A DNA stretch of 64,000 nucleotides from positions 86,862,001-86,926,000 of the forward strand of contig NC_079167.1 in NCBI RefSeq assembly GCF_947568905.1. The letters are read 5' to 3'. The stretch's first letter is position 1, and each line of letters opens with the position of its first letter. Source of the stretch: Ostrea edulis (taxonomy: Eukaryota). The notes under the pieces were generated by a model, which was given only the letters and a program-made list of their open reading frames with translations, ran no database searches and was not told the origin of the DNA. The position numbers and the translations under genes are program-made. This document shows, piece after piece, positions 25,401 to 38,500 of this stretch.

Positions 25401-25831
25401 TTTGTGTCCGAATCTTAGAAAATAAATTCAAAAGATTATAGATATTGAAAATAAAGAATGAAGCATTCTATGCTTTAAAATAACAAATACAACTGATAAT
25501 TCTCGTTATATCGAAAGTTGGAATAACCATGCTTATTCTAAAATTAGAGAGAGCACATCAAGCTATAAATAGACGATATTAGGAAATGAATAGTAGAAAT
25601 TGAAGCGTTTAATTGCATTGTGTGATACCAATAACCTTCAAGTACCTTACAATGTGTATCTACAAGTAACAAAACTACATGTACCTACTCAGATATTCTG
25701 TTCGAACTCCTTTTGCAGGTTTCGTCCACTTGGTTTCCCGTTATAAAATATACAAGTCCCCCGTCTATATTTAGATTACTATCGATCGCATATCATTGAA
25801 AGAACTCTTTGGTACATTCTAGAAGCTGAAA

Positions 25832-26235
25832 ATGCTTAAAGGTTAGTAAAACATGAAAGAAAATGTAATATTTAATATTACTTTAAAGATTATAGGGTCT
25901 TATTAATGTTTCCATTTATCAGTTTTGAAAGTAAAAAAGCTGTTTGAATTAACATCAGGAAATATTTTGAAACGTCCATAGTTTACTTTCTTTTTGTGAA
26001 TAAAGATTCTTGCACAGAAATACTGAGAGAAGCTAACAATAAGCTGAGGGAACAGATCATTTGTAAAGTGTGTGTTGATGAGGACGTGGCCTGTGTTTTT
26101 ATTCCCTGTGGTCATCTCGTGTGCTGTTTGGATTGTGCTCCCGCCATGATGCGCTGTCCGGTGTGTGACAAGGCCGTGTCTCGGTTTATTGTGGCGAGGA
26201 TAGACGAAGAAGAATTGGAGGATCGTGTGAAATAA
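25832..26235 (+). CDS. IAP-type RING unit, possibly a 79-aa RING-only gene, divergent from the IAP
   Basis: The RING exon 26006-26235 is clear: acceptor ctttctttttgtgaataaag, then LREQIICKVCVDEDVACVFIPCGHLVCCLDCAPAMMRCPVC, with canonical IAP spacing C-x2-C-x11-C-x-H-x3-C-x2-C-x6-C-x2-C. The candidate first coding exon ATG CTT AAA G|gttagt at 25832-25841 is in phase (intron 164 nt) but short, so the start is uncertain. Confidence 0.6.
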
Positions 26236-27639
26236 CTTTGAAAACTGTCCCATGTTTGCAATGTTGTAATTGTGTTGATATTTTTAATACTACTATTAAT
26301 CTGTTGACATCACAGGGGCTTGTCTTCCGGAATTAAGCGATGTATGAATTACCTAAACGTGTCCGCATCTTTAGGTGGCAGGGGACAGTGTTTTGGTTCT
26401 GAAATATGTGTATAGGGGGTATACATCAAAGTCATACTATGACAGACTAATGAAAAATATTTCCGTTTTATGTCAATACTGTATTTCATATTGGTGTAGT
26501 TACATGTTATAAATTATGACTCTAAATTACATGTAATCTATAAATACTGGTGCTGGTGCACAAAACATGTTCTGAGCAGGTGCCCATTTTTGGTTTGATG
26601 TTCTCTCATTTGGGCTAATCCACACCTTAGCCACTGTAGAAATCTTCCCTTCTTAAAAATCTAGCTTTTATGTGGGACCATCCACCTTCCCTCTCAGCTA
26701 CACACCTTTTGCTGGACCATGCATGTTTTCATCGGAATTTCCTCAGCAACTGACCATGTGTCTTAGTTTCGTATTTGCATCCATCTATATGGTAGGAATC
26801 ATGGTGACACCTACATGTTGTATATTAACATTTTTATTAAGTTCTTAGCTACATTTGGCATGTATCCTAAAATTATTCCATACATTTTCACACATCAAAT
26901 ATGGGGTATTCCCTTTTTTTAAAGAAAGTTGACCGGGCCTATATTGTGCGAAACTGTCCCCTGCTACCTTTATCAGAACGACTTCATAGGTGATTTTAAT
27001 GAGGATTCTTTTCTTTTTTAATTTTCCACAATCAGGAAGACAAGCCCCTGTGGTTGACATCTCACAGGAACCGATAGTTTTGTTTGTTACTCTTGATTAG
27101 CTTGTAATACATGGAGTCCATGCAGTCTGTCCACACAAGTAATAATTTTCTACATCATGTGATTTTGTTTTCCTTTTGAAACATGTATGCATGCATATAA
27201 CTGAAAACTTGTCTATTTCCATTTGATGATAAAGTGAATAAGTGTACTTGTGTCATTATACCCCGAGCAGAGATTGAAGGGGAGAGGGTCCCCTTTACTC
27301 TCTATGCTCAGAGTATATTAATTATAGAATAGTTTATAAAGAAAAGTTTTGATCATGTTTTATAGCTTCAGTACAATAAATCTTTATCAATAATGTGCAT
27401 ATATGTTCTGATTAAAAGATTTTAAAAAAGATATATGAATATCAGTATTGATTACTGTAATCAATACGTTTCATTTTTATTCTTTATTGCATATGTAATA
27501 TGAATTTACGATTTTATGCGATGATTTATAAGGACTTCCCGGAATGACAGAGTGTAAAATATAGAAGCAACTCATTCTGGGCTTCCAGATATAAAATAAA
27601 TAAATGAATTAATCAAACCATGAAAACAACATTGTTACA

Positions 27640-27850
27640 GGGGTTTGTACAACCTCGTTTAAAGTCAGCATTTCATAAATTCTATGGTCCTTATAATGAT
27701 ATTGATTACCCATATAAGCTATCATTGGATCAAATGCTGTCTGGCGTGTTTCAAACCGATTACTAGGCCGTTCTTGGCACACTGATTTTGACTATGGATT
27801 ACTTCGTTTACCTGATCAAGAAATAGGGCTCGAAACGGGTGTGACTATCG
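27640..27850 (+). mobile_element. Penelope-like fragment
   Basis: aaagtcagcatttcataaattctatggtc...cgtttacctgatcaagaaatagggctc. Confidence 0.65.
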
Positions 27851-28076
27851 TGACGTCATCACGTCACAATAGACGTCTCTAAGATAAACAACTTTGTATT
27901 CAATATTTGTATTCACCTGAGGATGGATGTTAAAATCCAGAAAGCGCTAGTGATTTAAATATATTTTGGAACTGCATATTTCCCTGCTTTTTTATTGAAT
28001 TACTTTGACAGTGTGATATCAACTCTTTTTATTTGGATTATATATTTTTTTTATTTGGATTATATATATTTTTATT

Positions 28077-28078
<2 letters not shown>

Positions 28079-28113
<35 letters not shown>
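28079..28113. repeat. (TA)n microsatellite
   Basis: Direct reading. Confidence 0.95.
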
Positions 28114-28116
<3 letters not shown>

Positions 28117-30639
28117 CCGTGTTACGCATGAATGTAGTATTTTATTTCTTCCTCTTAATCTTATGCTTTCGTATCTTTATATTCTTGCATGTAATGTTTT
28201 GTTTTATTTTGTATTCTTTTGTTAATCTGTGATGTGTCTGTGTATATGTGTACATGCATGCTATGTGTCTTTGATATACATGTATGTGATAGTCGGTTAA
28301 AAAGCTCTACAGAGCTTGTGTTTGATTTGTTGAATGTATATAACTGTGCCGACTTTAAATTAAAAAAAACATTACTTTACTTTACATTACTGGTCTTCTT
28401 CACGAGATAAACACGACATACCTTGGAATGTCACTTCCTGAAATTTTGTCGGGTCACACTGAAGACCTAAAATTTAAAACCTGCGTTGTGTGTAGTGTAA
28501 GAGAGGACGAGACTTTTAAATATAACCATTGATATCAATGAACCTTTATTTTAGTTATGGGGTAATTAATAAACAGCCTTGTGATCACATGGCTACAAGC
28601 TAGCTGAAAGGGTAAACACCAAACCGAAAGTTGAAGAAAATGGCTAAAGCACCCACTTGGTAATCAGGAGTAAAAAGAAACAACAGGAAAGTTGTGTTTC
28701 AACTGTGCCGTTTTCATTTATCACGATGCTCATCAAGAATATCTGATGGATGTTTATTGTTTTGTTTGCAAAATATACTATAGTAAGTTTATATCATAAA
28801 CTCCAAATGACATTATCATCGAATTGATACATGCTCAACTGGTCTAGAAAGATTTGTAAGTTGAGACTGGGTTCGAAATGCAGTTTTATCTGTTTTATCT
28901 ATTCTTGTAAATTCATAAATAATGCCAATAAACCCCAAAGCGCTGGCTTCAGTTGACTCTTGCACCTTCAATATTGTTTAATATATGACAAGAAGTCCGT
29001 AAACTGTATATCGTGAAATTAATTAAAAACGTACTTTCGTTTTCAATAAGCAACTCTGAAATTGCAAAAATGAGAGCAAATTGGTGGACATGCTTTGGCG
29101 GATTTAAGCCAGTTTTTAAATGATAACTCAAGATAATTCGATATAAAGTAAACCGTTGTTTATCGATGTTTCACTTTGATCTTATAAAAGAAATAAGTTT
29201 TGGTAATTATTGAATAAATGAAATATGTCTGTTCGTTTCTTCTGTACGTGATTTTAGTCTTGAATAAGAACGAAGCATCCAAAACAATTCAACATAGATG
29301 CTTAGGTCTACACCAATCGTAAGTTAACGATTGAGAAGTTGAATGTCATCTTCTTTGTCACAAAATTTAGTTTTCTGTTTGTTGTTAACTTCTGTGTTCA
29401 ATAGAATGTCCAAATGTGAAACGTGTGGTCGGAACATACCACATGAGCTAATGTTTACCTCTCTATTCCCGACTTAGATTTTAAAAAGATAGAAAAATAG
29501 TTTTGTTCTATTTCACTCTAGCTCTTTTGGTTCTCATACACAAGATTTCAATTCCATCATTTTTAATCAACCAATTCTTTATTCTCCTTACCAATAGTAT
29601 AAAGGGATTGAGAAAATACATACAAGTATTCATACAAATATACAATATGATGTGTTTACAATATATACATATATACAATCTGCAGCAATCACGATAAAGT
29701 TGATATGTTTTTATAATTTTCAAATGACATACAATAAGAATTATCACCAATCAATATACAAAATCACTGTCATGACCGTGTGCAGGATTAGACAAAACAA
29801 GATGGCAGACGGCAGTTCCAAACAAAGGTAGGCTCTTAAAACTCTTCAAGTCGGTGAAATGAAGAGTTTTAAGAGGATTCCCAGTTTTAATCGCTTTCCA
29901 ACGTGTCTTTCTGAACACTTTTACTGATACATTTACACTCATAATCATGACTGATATTGAAGCTGAGATCAATAATCACCCAGTGCATATATATACGTAT
30001 AATTACTAGTCAATTGACGAGGTTGATTACAACATCGATTGATTTTTATGATGTCCATTGTTTTGCAGTAGGATACCCATCGTCCCAAAGTATTCCACAT
30101 TAACTGGGAAAGAAAAACACAATTCTCAGCAAACTATTCTGACATGTAACAGACTAGATCATTTCTCATACAACAGTGCATAACTAATCGCATTATTGAA
30201 TCTTCATACATATTTTCATGTCTTAATTCTTGTACAAGAGACGGATTTTAGGGACTGGTATCGCATAAATTGCCTCTCTCACTAATATGTAATCGATAAA
30301 AAATTTGCATGGTTAACCTTTTTTATTTTACCTTTGCAATTGTCTTAAGTAACAGACAAAATGGGTAAATGCTTATCAACACAAACGGAGGTAGTTTTCT
30401 TCTTCTGACTCAAATATCAAATATGTTGTTTTATGAAATATACACCCACTGAATTATAGAAATGTTATTCAATTCCTATGAATATGTATATGAATATACG
30501 AACGTTCTACAACATTCGATCTACATATGAATTACTCTCAATTCGATATACATGGTTAGTGCCTTAATCTGCTATGAGTTTTTTTTTCTTCAAGGAAATA
30601 TATCGAGGTAAGAATACCGCATCTACAACGACATTCTAT

Positions 30640-33010
30640 GAAAATGTGATAACGAACAGCGATCAATCTCATAAGTCCATTAAGGAATGCAAACTTAAGA
30701 GTTGGGAAACACTAACGTATGTATCTTTCATATCATTCACAAATCAAACAAGCATTCTTTTGCAATACTGAGCAGTGTCTTGTATAGTTTTCATCCATGT
30801 TTGGCATGCACAAATGAGGATAACGAACATTGACCAATCGCAAACTGAGATTAAGGCAAACACGGAACCCTGGACACACCAGAGGAGGAGGAAGAGGAGT
30901 AGGTATCCCGAGTTGACCGGTCACACCCGCATTGATCTCTCTTTTTTTGATCAGATAAATGGAGTAACCCAAAGTCAAAATAAATAGGACAAATGGTCAA
31001 ACAATAAGTATGAAACACGTCAGGCAGCATTCGACCTAATAACAATTTTTGTTTGTAAATTAGATCAATTATAAATAGGCCTTCCATAAAAATGCTCATA
31101 TTAAACAAAATCGTTGAAATCCCAATGATATCAGTAGCCTGCCTCGATTTAAGAATTTACAATACGGAGAACATGTCCTCGAGTAGTGAATTGTTTCAGA
31201 TATATAAACACTATATCCATGTGATACTTGAATATTGATACATAAAAATGGGAATTTCACGATGAAGAAGCTGGTCATCCCGTTTCTCATAAAGTTGAGT
31301 TGCTAGTTTGCCGCTAACATCTATGTTCAATAAAATATCTAAATGTGAAGCAGATATGGAAAATTATTGAAACCCCTGCAACATGAACTTCTTCGTCAAT
31401 AGCCTGCCTCGATTTAAAAACTAATCACACACTCAACAAGCTCGTGCGTATTGAATCAGTTGAGAGACATATACACCATATGCAGGTGATAATAGAATAT
31501 TGCTATACAAATATGGGAAGTTCACGATGGAGAAGCTTAATATAGTTTACGACTGATTAGTTCAGTTCAATCTCGACGCTCGATCAGAACAGACTTTTCT
31601 ATTGCCCCAAACCTGAAGGAGATGATAGTAGGGATTATTCCTCACGATAACTTAAAGACTAGACTTTTTGACATTATAGACAGTTGCTTCTTCAACAAAA
31701 TTGGAAATCGGAAACATTCATAACTAGTGATCAGTAATCCAAAAAATTCCTTTGTTAAACGCCACTCTGATTCCACGCACAAGTATTCTGAAGTTGAAAT
31801 AAAAAATATGCTAGCGTTCCTCATTGACAATATCTTCGTGTTCTTTGGTGATCAGGTCTTCCAAATGTCTGTTGGAATTCCCATGGACACGAATTGTGCT
31901 CCTTTGTTAGCTGACCTGTTTTTATTCATATGAAGCAGAATTTATTCAAAAACTTCTACGTGAGAAGAAATCAAAGGCCTTAAGGGTCTCAGAGTCGACG
32001 TGCCTGCGATTTCCAACAAGGTTTGGGGTATACAGCACCGTCTTATAAGCTTTAATTCTTAATCTTTAAAGTATGGTAAAACATCCGTATTATGCTTAAC
32101 TGGATATCTATGGAAATGCACCGTCACGAACTAGGAACACGACACATCGGCTAGAGGAATTTACCCATTCATAAAGACTTCAGAAATTGTGTGAACATAA
32201 AAGATCAAAGGTCACTATCCATTGTACTCAGCTCTTCTACATGATATGATCATTTATCGATACTTGTATGTCAAATATCAAAAGCCTACCGCAAAAGACA
32301 AAACAGTAACAGTCTGGACACAATTTGTAGCAGGAATCGATACAAATTATTCTCTTGAAGTCTTCACTGTTTACATGAAGTATTCCCGCAAAAATGTATC
32401 ACGAGCGTATGTAGATGATGTTAACTCATTTGATGTTTATCTATTTAAACAAAGCTAAGATAGAATTCGTTAATTCATTTCAGATATATTTTCGTCAGAA
32501 TTCTATTAGAATAATGGATTTACATGTGGAATAACACTGCGAACGTGAGTGTAAGGAATGATAATTCTGGGTGTACCTAACGTATTCATGCGCGTTCACG
32601 TTGTCTGCAAACCAATCCTAAAGAAAATATTATTGCAATTAAGTAACACTGCTTTTAAATGCAAGAACACAATAACCAATACTTTGTTTAAACCAAACAC
32701 TTTGATATGCACAATATTTCCTATATTTTGCTAAAATGATTAAGAACTACTTGCTTTATCTCGCGTAAGTATCAACAAAGGTCCGAAATGTAGTGCCGAT
32801 GATAACAAGGGTCTTCTCGCTATCGCGTGCCAACTCATAAATCTCTTACTGTGGCCTTTAATTCGACATTTAGATATATCGACGACGTTCTATCTATTAA
32901 CAATAATAACTTTCATTCCAGTGTTCATTCGATATATCCCTGTGAGCTCGAAATAAAAGACACCACAGAGTCGTTCACTTCTGCTTCATACTTAGATATT
33001 TCATTAAAAG
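30640..33010. mobile_element. Cluster of Penelope-like RT fragments in both orientations
   Basis: Minus-oriented 3' pieces at about 30640-31545. Plus-oriented RT core NIFVFFGDQVFQMSVGIPMDTNCAPLLADLFL (31727-31933) and FNSTFRYIDDVLSINNNNFHS...ASYLDI (32835-33010). Confidence 0.75.
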
Positions 33011-33048
33011 TAAAAATGTTTTATTTTTTTATTAGCTATATATATGTA

Positions 33049-33682
33049 AGACTCCAAAGTGCGATGGTCGCTCCAAAGTGCGATGGTTTGTTAAAATTAC
33101 GGACGCCAAAGTGCGATGGTCACGCCAAAGTCCGATGGTGCGGAGTTCAGTAACGTTTGTGATGTCACGTCATTGTGACGTCATTCTTAACGTCTTTCAA
33201 AATGAAACGAATAAATGCAACACGGACGACAGCAACGGCAAGGTTTACACTGTTGAGGATAGCGAGAACGGCAAAATACATTAGTTGTCGAATTATCTAC
33301 TTCGTCCAAACATTCTTTAATTCATGATCATTTATTACTTGTGACGTACACATAATAAAATCCTGGGGATATGCGATAATGCAAATTTAACATTCTTCAC
33401 GATTTGGCGCTGGAAAATTTTGTGTTTATTAACACGACAACTAGATGGTAACGAAATAAGTTGAACTTCTTATTTTTTATGCATGGATTTTGCATTGATA
33501 TTTTAGTGAAACAACATATGGTTGGTACAGTCTGTACCAAAACACTGTGTCGTTTACAAAAACCAATGGATTTCGGCATGTCACACCATCGCCCTTTGGC
33601 GTGTCACACCATCGGGGTTTGGCGCAGACCATCGGGGTTTGGCGTGACCATCGCACTTTGGAGTCCCATCGCACTTTGGAGT

Positions 33683-33684
<2 letters not shown>
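33049..33684. mobile_element. 636-bp MITE with subterminal repeats, inserted at a TA microsatellite
   Basis: TA|agactccaaagtgcgatgg ... ccatcgcactttggagtct|TA. The motif ccaaagtgcgatggt is repeated 4 times at the left end and 5 times, inverted, at the right end. Confidence 0.8.
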
Positions 33685-33750
<66 letters not shown>

Positions 33751-33773
33751 TATATATATATATATATATATAT
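33685..33773. repeat. (TA)n microsatellite
   Basis: Direct reading. Confidence 0.95.
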
Positions 33774-33774
33774 G

Positions 33775-34191
33775 AGCATCACTGAAGAGACATTATTTGT
33801 CGAAATGCGCATCTGGTGCATCAAAATTGGTACCGTATAAGTTTTACATTATGACCCCTGGATCGAGGCCTCTGCTGGTGGACTGTTAGTCCACGAGGGT
33901 CTCTACAGCCCAGTAGTTAAGTACTTCGTTCTAGCTTCAAAATACGGATGTATATTGAATTGCTGTTGTAAAATTTAGAAATTCATATCAAAATTAAGGA
34001 TTATCTCCCTCACGCATAGCTCGTATCCTTAGACGAATTTGACTCCACTTTTTTGGCACACTGTATTCTCCTATAATAGCTCTAAAACTTCATTGTTATT
34101 TCGGATTTTAAACATTTCGGTTGAACATCACTGAAGAGACATTATTTGTGTCGAAATGCGCATCTGGTGCATCAAAATTAGTACCGTATAA

Positions 34192-34197
<6 letters not shown>
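33775..34197 (+). repeat. About 355-bp interspersed/tandem repeat family (also inverted at 54460-55070 and 55400-55490)
   Basis: gagcatcactgaagagacattatttgtcgaaatgcgcatctggtgcatcaaaattggtaccgtataagttttac recurs after about 355 bp. The minus copies are tandem with the same period. Possibly a Penelope pseudo-LTR (inference). Confidence 0.75.

Positions 34198-34257
<60 letters not shown>
34197..34257. repeat. (CA)n microsatellite
   Basis: Direct reading. Confidence 0.95.
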
Positions 34258-34259
<2 letters not shown>

Positions 34260-34479
34260 ATCCAACAACAATGACTAAGTACACATGATCCACATTTAAT
34301 TAATTACACTTAGCGCTTCACCGTGTAGTTCGGCTCTTCAGAGTGTAACACTTTTTACAGAAAGAGTACAATGTACTTGTTATGACATTGTAGTTAAGAC
34401 GTCGTTATTGTGACGTCACAGAGGCAGCATACTAAATGATTTTAAATCAGCTTATGGATAATAATTTTTACCAAGAAGT

Positions 34480-35500
34480 ATCTTCAAATGAGGATAGAAA
34501 AACCATGCGTAAAATGAAGAATTTTACGTCAAAATATACGGGTACTTTAACCGATAAAGAAGTGGATTATTGAACAAACTTCGAAATGAAAATTAGTAAC
34601 TTTTACGGTCTCGCAAAGATTTATAAGTCCAAAGAAACACAGAACGGAATAATAGGTAAAAATCGTCTTATGTCAAATTACTCCAACCATCAGATTTAAA
34701 ACTAAGATCGATTGTACCTGGATCCACTTGCTCTACGCAGACTCAGCAATCTGCTGGATATACTTCTTAAACACTATGCCAGCTTGTACCGAGCCATATA
34801 AAGAACGATTTAGATTTCCTTAGCCATATATCAGATAAGATTAAGGACAATACCAATATGGTTAGTTTTGATGTAGCATCTTTATATACCAATATACTTC
34901 ATACTTTAGGATTAGAAGCAATTGCCTTCTGGATCGATAAGCACTACAGTGAAAGTAATCCTAGATTCTCCAAAGATTTATCCTAGAGGGATTACAATTA
35001 GTCCTAGAGAATAATTATTTCATGTTTGATAACAAACACTTCTTGCAAATAAAAGGAACTACCATGGGAACTAAAGTTGCTCCAATATACGCCACCCTAG
35101 TATTAGCATTTCTAGAGGAGAAATTAATTTAAAAAAAACCCAGACAGGTTATTTGGAAGTCAATTTGCTCAATGCATAATATCTTATTGGAAGCGATATC
35201 TAAACGATTATTTTATTTTTTTGGCCAAGATCCTATGAGTAATTAAAAGACTTTCATAATGTGTTAAATGATTTACACCCCTCAATTAAATTTACGGTGG
35301 AAATAAGCTACACAGAATTACTTTGTTTTATATCCCTATGATAAAAGAAGATCGGAAAATTATAACAGACTTGTACTACAAAAAAACTAGATTCCCACCA
35401 GTACCTTTTATTCATTTCTTGCTATCCCTCACATGCAAAACCCAATACACATTTTAACATGGCGAGACGTGTCTGTACAATCGTCTACAGGAAATAAAAA
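34480..35500 (+). mobile_element. Degenerate Penelope/Poseidon-type RT (a second PLE lineage)
   Basis: Frameshifted motifs FYGLAKIYKSK, VSFDVASLYTNI, FLQIKGTTMGTKVAPIYATLVLAFLE, LNDLHPSIKFTVE and DLYYKK. Confidence 0.75.
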
Positions 35501-35559
35501 AACATTTTTATTAAAACAGAAATATCCGATAATAATGGAATAACTTCACAAATTTGTCG

Positions 35560-38500
35560 TTTCTTCACAACTTAACCCGAATCTTTCTATCTAAAGTATC
35601 ATCACTCTTGAATGTTATTTGCACAACTGCCACTAGCCAATGATTTCGGGGACTGTCCTCCTTCACTAGCACAATGTTACCTTTGTTGATATTCGGTTCT
35701 TCACTCTTCAATTTTCTGCGCGGCTGGAGTAAGTGCAGATAGTCAGATTGCCATTTTTTCCACAACTGGTTTGCAAGACCCTGCACACGTTTCCAATCGG
35801 CCTTCAACATGTCTTTCACACCTATGTCACCAAACTCTAGGAAATCAGAATCAGAAGAATATTTTTGTGTCAACAAAATGTTAGGTGTTAGAACGAACGG
35901 AGAATCTGGGTCCGACGACACTGGGGTTAGGGTCGAGAATTTATAATTGCGGTCACCTCCGCCATCTATGTGCAAAGAATGCCATGTGTAATGTTCTTGT
36001 TGTTTGGCTCCATAAATATGGCGTCGAAAATGTTGCGCACAAGTCCAATCATTCTTTCCCATGCCCCCCCCCCCCCCCTCCTTGAAGTGTGACTAGTGTG
36101 GGGAATTAAAAATCCACTTTGTTCCGGAATCGTACAGAAATTGTTTAAAGTATCATTTTCCACGCTGACGGTGTCAATTCTCAGGTCATCTGTTACTCCA
36201 ATAAAATTAGTGCCTCTATCGGACCGAAATATTTTCACCTTCCCCCTTATACTTGTAAATCTGCGCACAGCATTAATGAACGCTGATGAGCTCAGGGAAT
36301 CAACTACTTCTATATGAACTACCCTAGTCACTAAACACGTAAATAAGACGTCTCATCGCTTTGACGATGCACTTCCACCTAGCGTCCTTCTGGTGACGAT
36401 CTGCCATAGTCTGAAGACATCGACACCTACGTTTGTAAATGGAGGTGCTTGTTCAAGCCTGTCAGCTGGGAGGTCAGCCATAATTTGGACTGCATGTTTT
36501 CCTCTCAGAATTTCACATATAATACATCTGTGAATCACTGAAGACACAAGCTTTTTTCCTCCTGTAATCCAGAGTCCGGCTGATCTGATTGCACCTTCTG
36601 TAAAGTGACGTCTCTGGTGCCCAAGTAGTTGATGATGATGGCGCACTTGTAATGTAGCGATGTGATGAGAACCTGGGATAATGACTGGAATCTTCTCGAA
36701 GTCGTCTAACTTTAGTTTGTTGAGTCTTTCTCCTACAAGCAGGGTGCCCACTTCATCTAGGACTGGTCCTAATGCTTGAAGTGGACTACCTCTTGGTAGA
36801 CGTTGGCTCCTTCTGATAAATGGTATCTCTTCACCGTAAACATCATGCTGAACGAGATTTACATAATTTTTTTTCTGCTTCACTGAACAAAACCAATAAA
36901 CCCTCTGTTGTTTTCTTCTTTACTTGTCGTGCTCTCGTTTTCAGCCTTCCAAACGCATGTACAAGTCTAGACCACTTCGAGAACTGCTTAAACCTACTGA
37001 CAATACTTCCAGGCTCAGATTCAGAACTAGATACTGGCTCAACTTCAGACAAGTAGGTATTCACATCAGACTGACAAGTATCCATAATAGAAGTCGTTCT
37101 TGGCACACTGATTACAGATAACTCCGTTTACTTGATCAGGATACAGGACTCACGGCGGGTTTGACCGGTCGACAGGGGATGCTTACTCCTCCTAGGCACC
37201 TGATCCTACCTCTGGTGTGTCCAGGGGTTCGTGTTTGCTCAACTATCTATTTTGTATTGCTTATAGGAGTTATGATATTGATCACTGCTCGTTATCTTCA
37301 CTTTCATCAGATTCCGCAGGCTGTTTTGTAAGAAATTCAACAGGTCCTTGGATCCAAACACTTCTTTGAAGCTTGTCAGCCGCTAAGCCCCTCGTTTCAA
37401 TGTCAGCGGGGTTGAGAACTGTTGGAACGTAATTCCACTGTTTTGGCGTTGAATTTTTAAGAATCTGTTCCATATGATTCTAAACATAGATAAAAAATCT
37501 TCTAGTCTGGTTGCTGATGTATCCTAGAACTACTCTACTCTCCGAGTAAAATTTCAGTTTCAAATTCAATGTTCAGGTTCTCGTCGGCTAGATGATAAAT
37601 TTCAACTTCTAAAAGGGCAGAGCAAAACTTCAGTCTTGGAATCGTATGTCCATGAGGGGGAGCAACCTTGGTTTTTCCGATAAAGAATCCTACGAAACGT
37701 TGATTTTCCTCATTAAACACATGCAGGTAGGCGACTGCAGCTATTGCCTTCTCAGATGCATAACAAAATACGTGAAGTTCATTTCGAACACTTCCTTCAA
37801 GAGAACATGGAACATATTGACGGGGAATTGACACATCTTGAAGACCAGATAAAGACTTCCTCCACATTTGCCATTTCTGTCCTTCTATGTCAATAAGTGG
37901 TGCATCTCATCCAGTGTTTCCATCAGTCAGTTGATGTAATAATAATTTCCCTTCAATTGACACAGGTGCAGCAAATCCTAAGGGATCATGTCCAGGGGTC
38001 CGTATTTGCCCAACTGTCTATTTTGTATTGCTTGTAGGAGTTGTGAGATTGATCACTGTTCGTTATCTTCACCTTGCATCTACTGTTAATAGTGGAAAAC
38101 ACTCCACGTCGAGTCAAGGGTATCTCGTCATCTGAAATCTGGAACGTAAATGCATCAGTGTTCATGTTCCAGCAAAGTCCTAAGTTCCTCTGAGCATGTA
38201 AGTCGTCGTCAGATAGTTCCAAGCTTTTCAGTTCCTTGGAAAGATCATCTGGAGAGAATTCACGAAAAACATCTTTGCTGTTGGAGGCGATCTTGTGCAA
38301 ACGCAAGTTACCATGGGTCGCTAATGCTGGTTAACAAATTGTACGGAGATCAATCCATCGTCCACATAGAAGTGGTTTAAAACAAAGTCAGTGACATCTG
38401 GTCCAAATGTATCCTTAGCTTCCAATGCTGTTCGGTGTAGACCATACGTAGCTACTGAGGGCGATGACCTATTTCCAAACAGATAGACCCTCATTCTATA

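Noticed and set aside
22850-26235. Inversion or misassembly separating the BIR exons (minus) from the RING exon (plus)
   Set aside because: The minus-strand gene has its own phase-compatible UBA and RING exons at 20695-18967, so no inversion is needed.
28640-30150. Candidate 5' exons for the Ig-actinoporin gene (ATGGCTAAAGCACCCACTTG|gt near 28640; ...ATGGCAGACGGCAGTTCCAAACAAAG|gt near 29802-29827; 30069-30145)
   Set aside because: The phases chain with each other, but the last exon ends in T, which makes TAG when joined to Ig1 or Ig2. There is no recognisable domain, and one acceptor is weak. Not supportable without cDNA.
33461-33840. ORFs with YIYIYI runs (also 27995-28225)
   Set aside because: Translations of (TA)n microsatellites.
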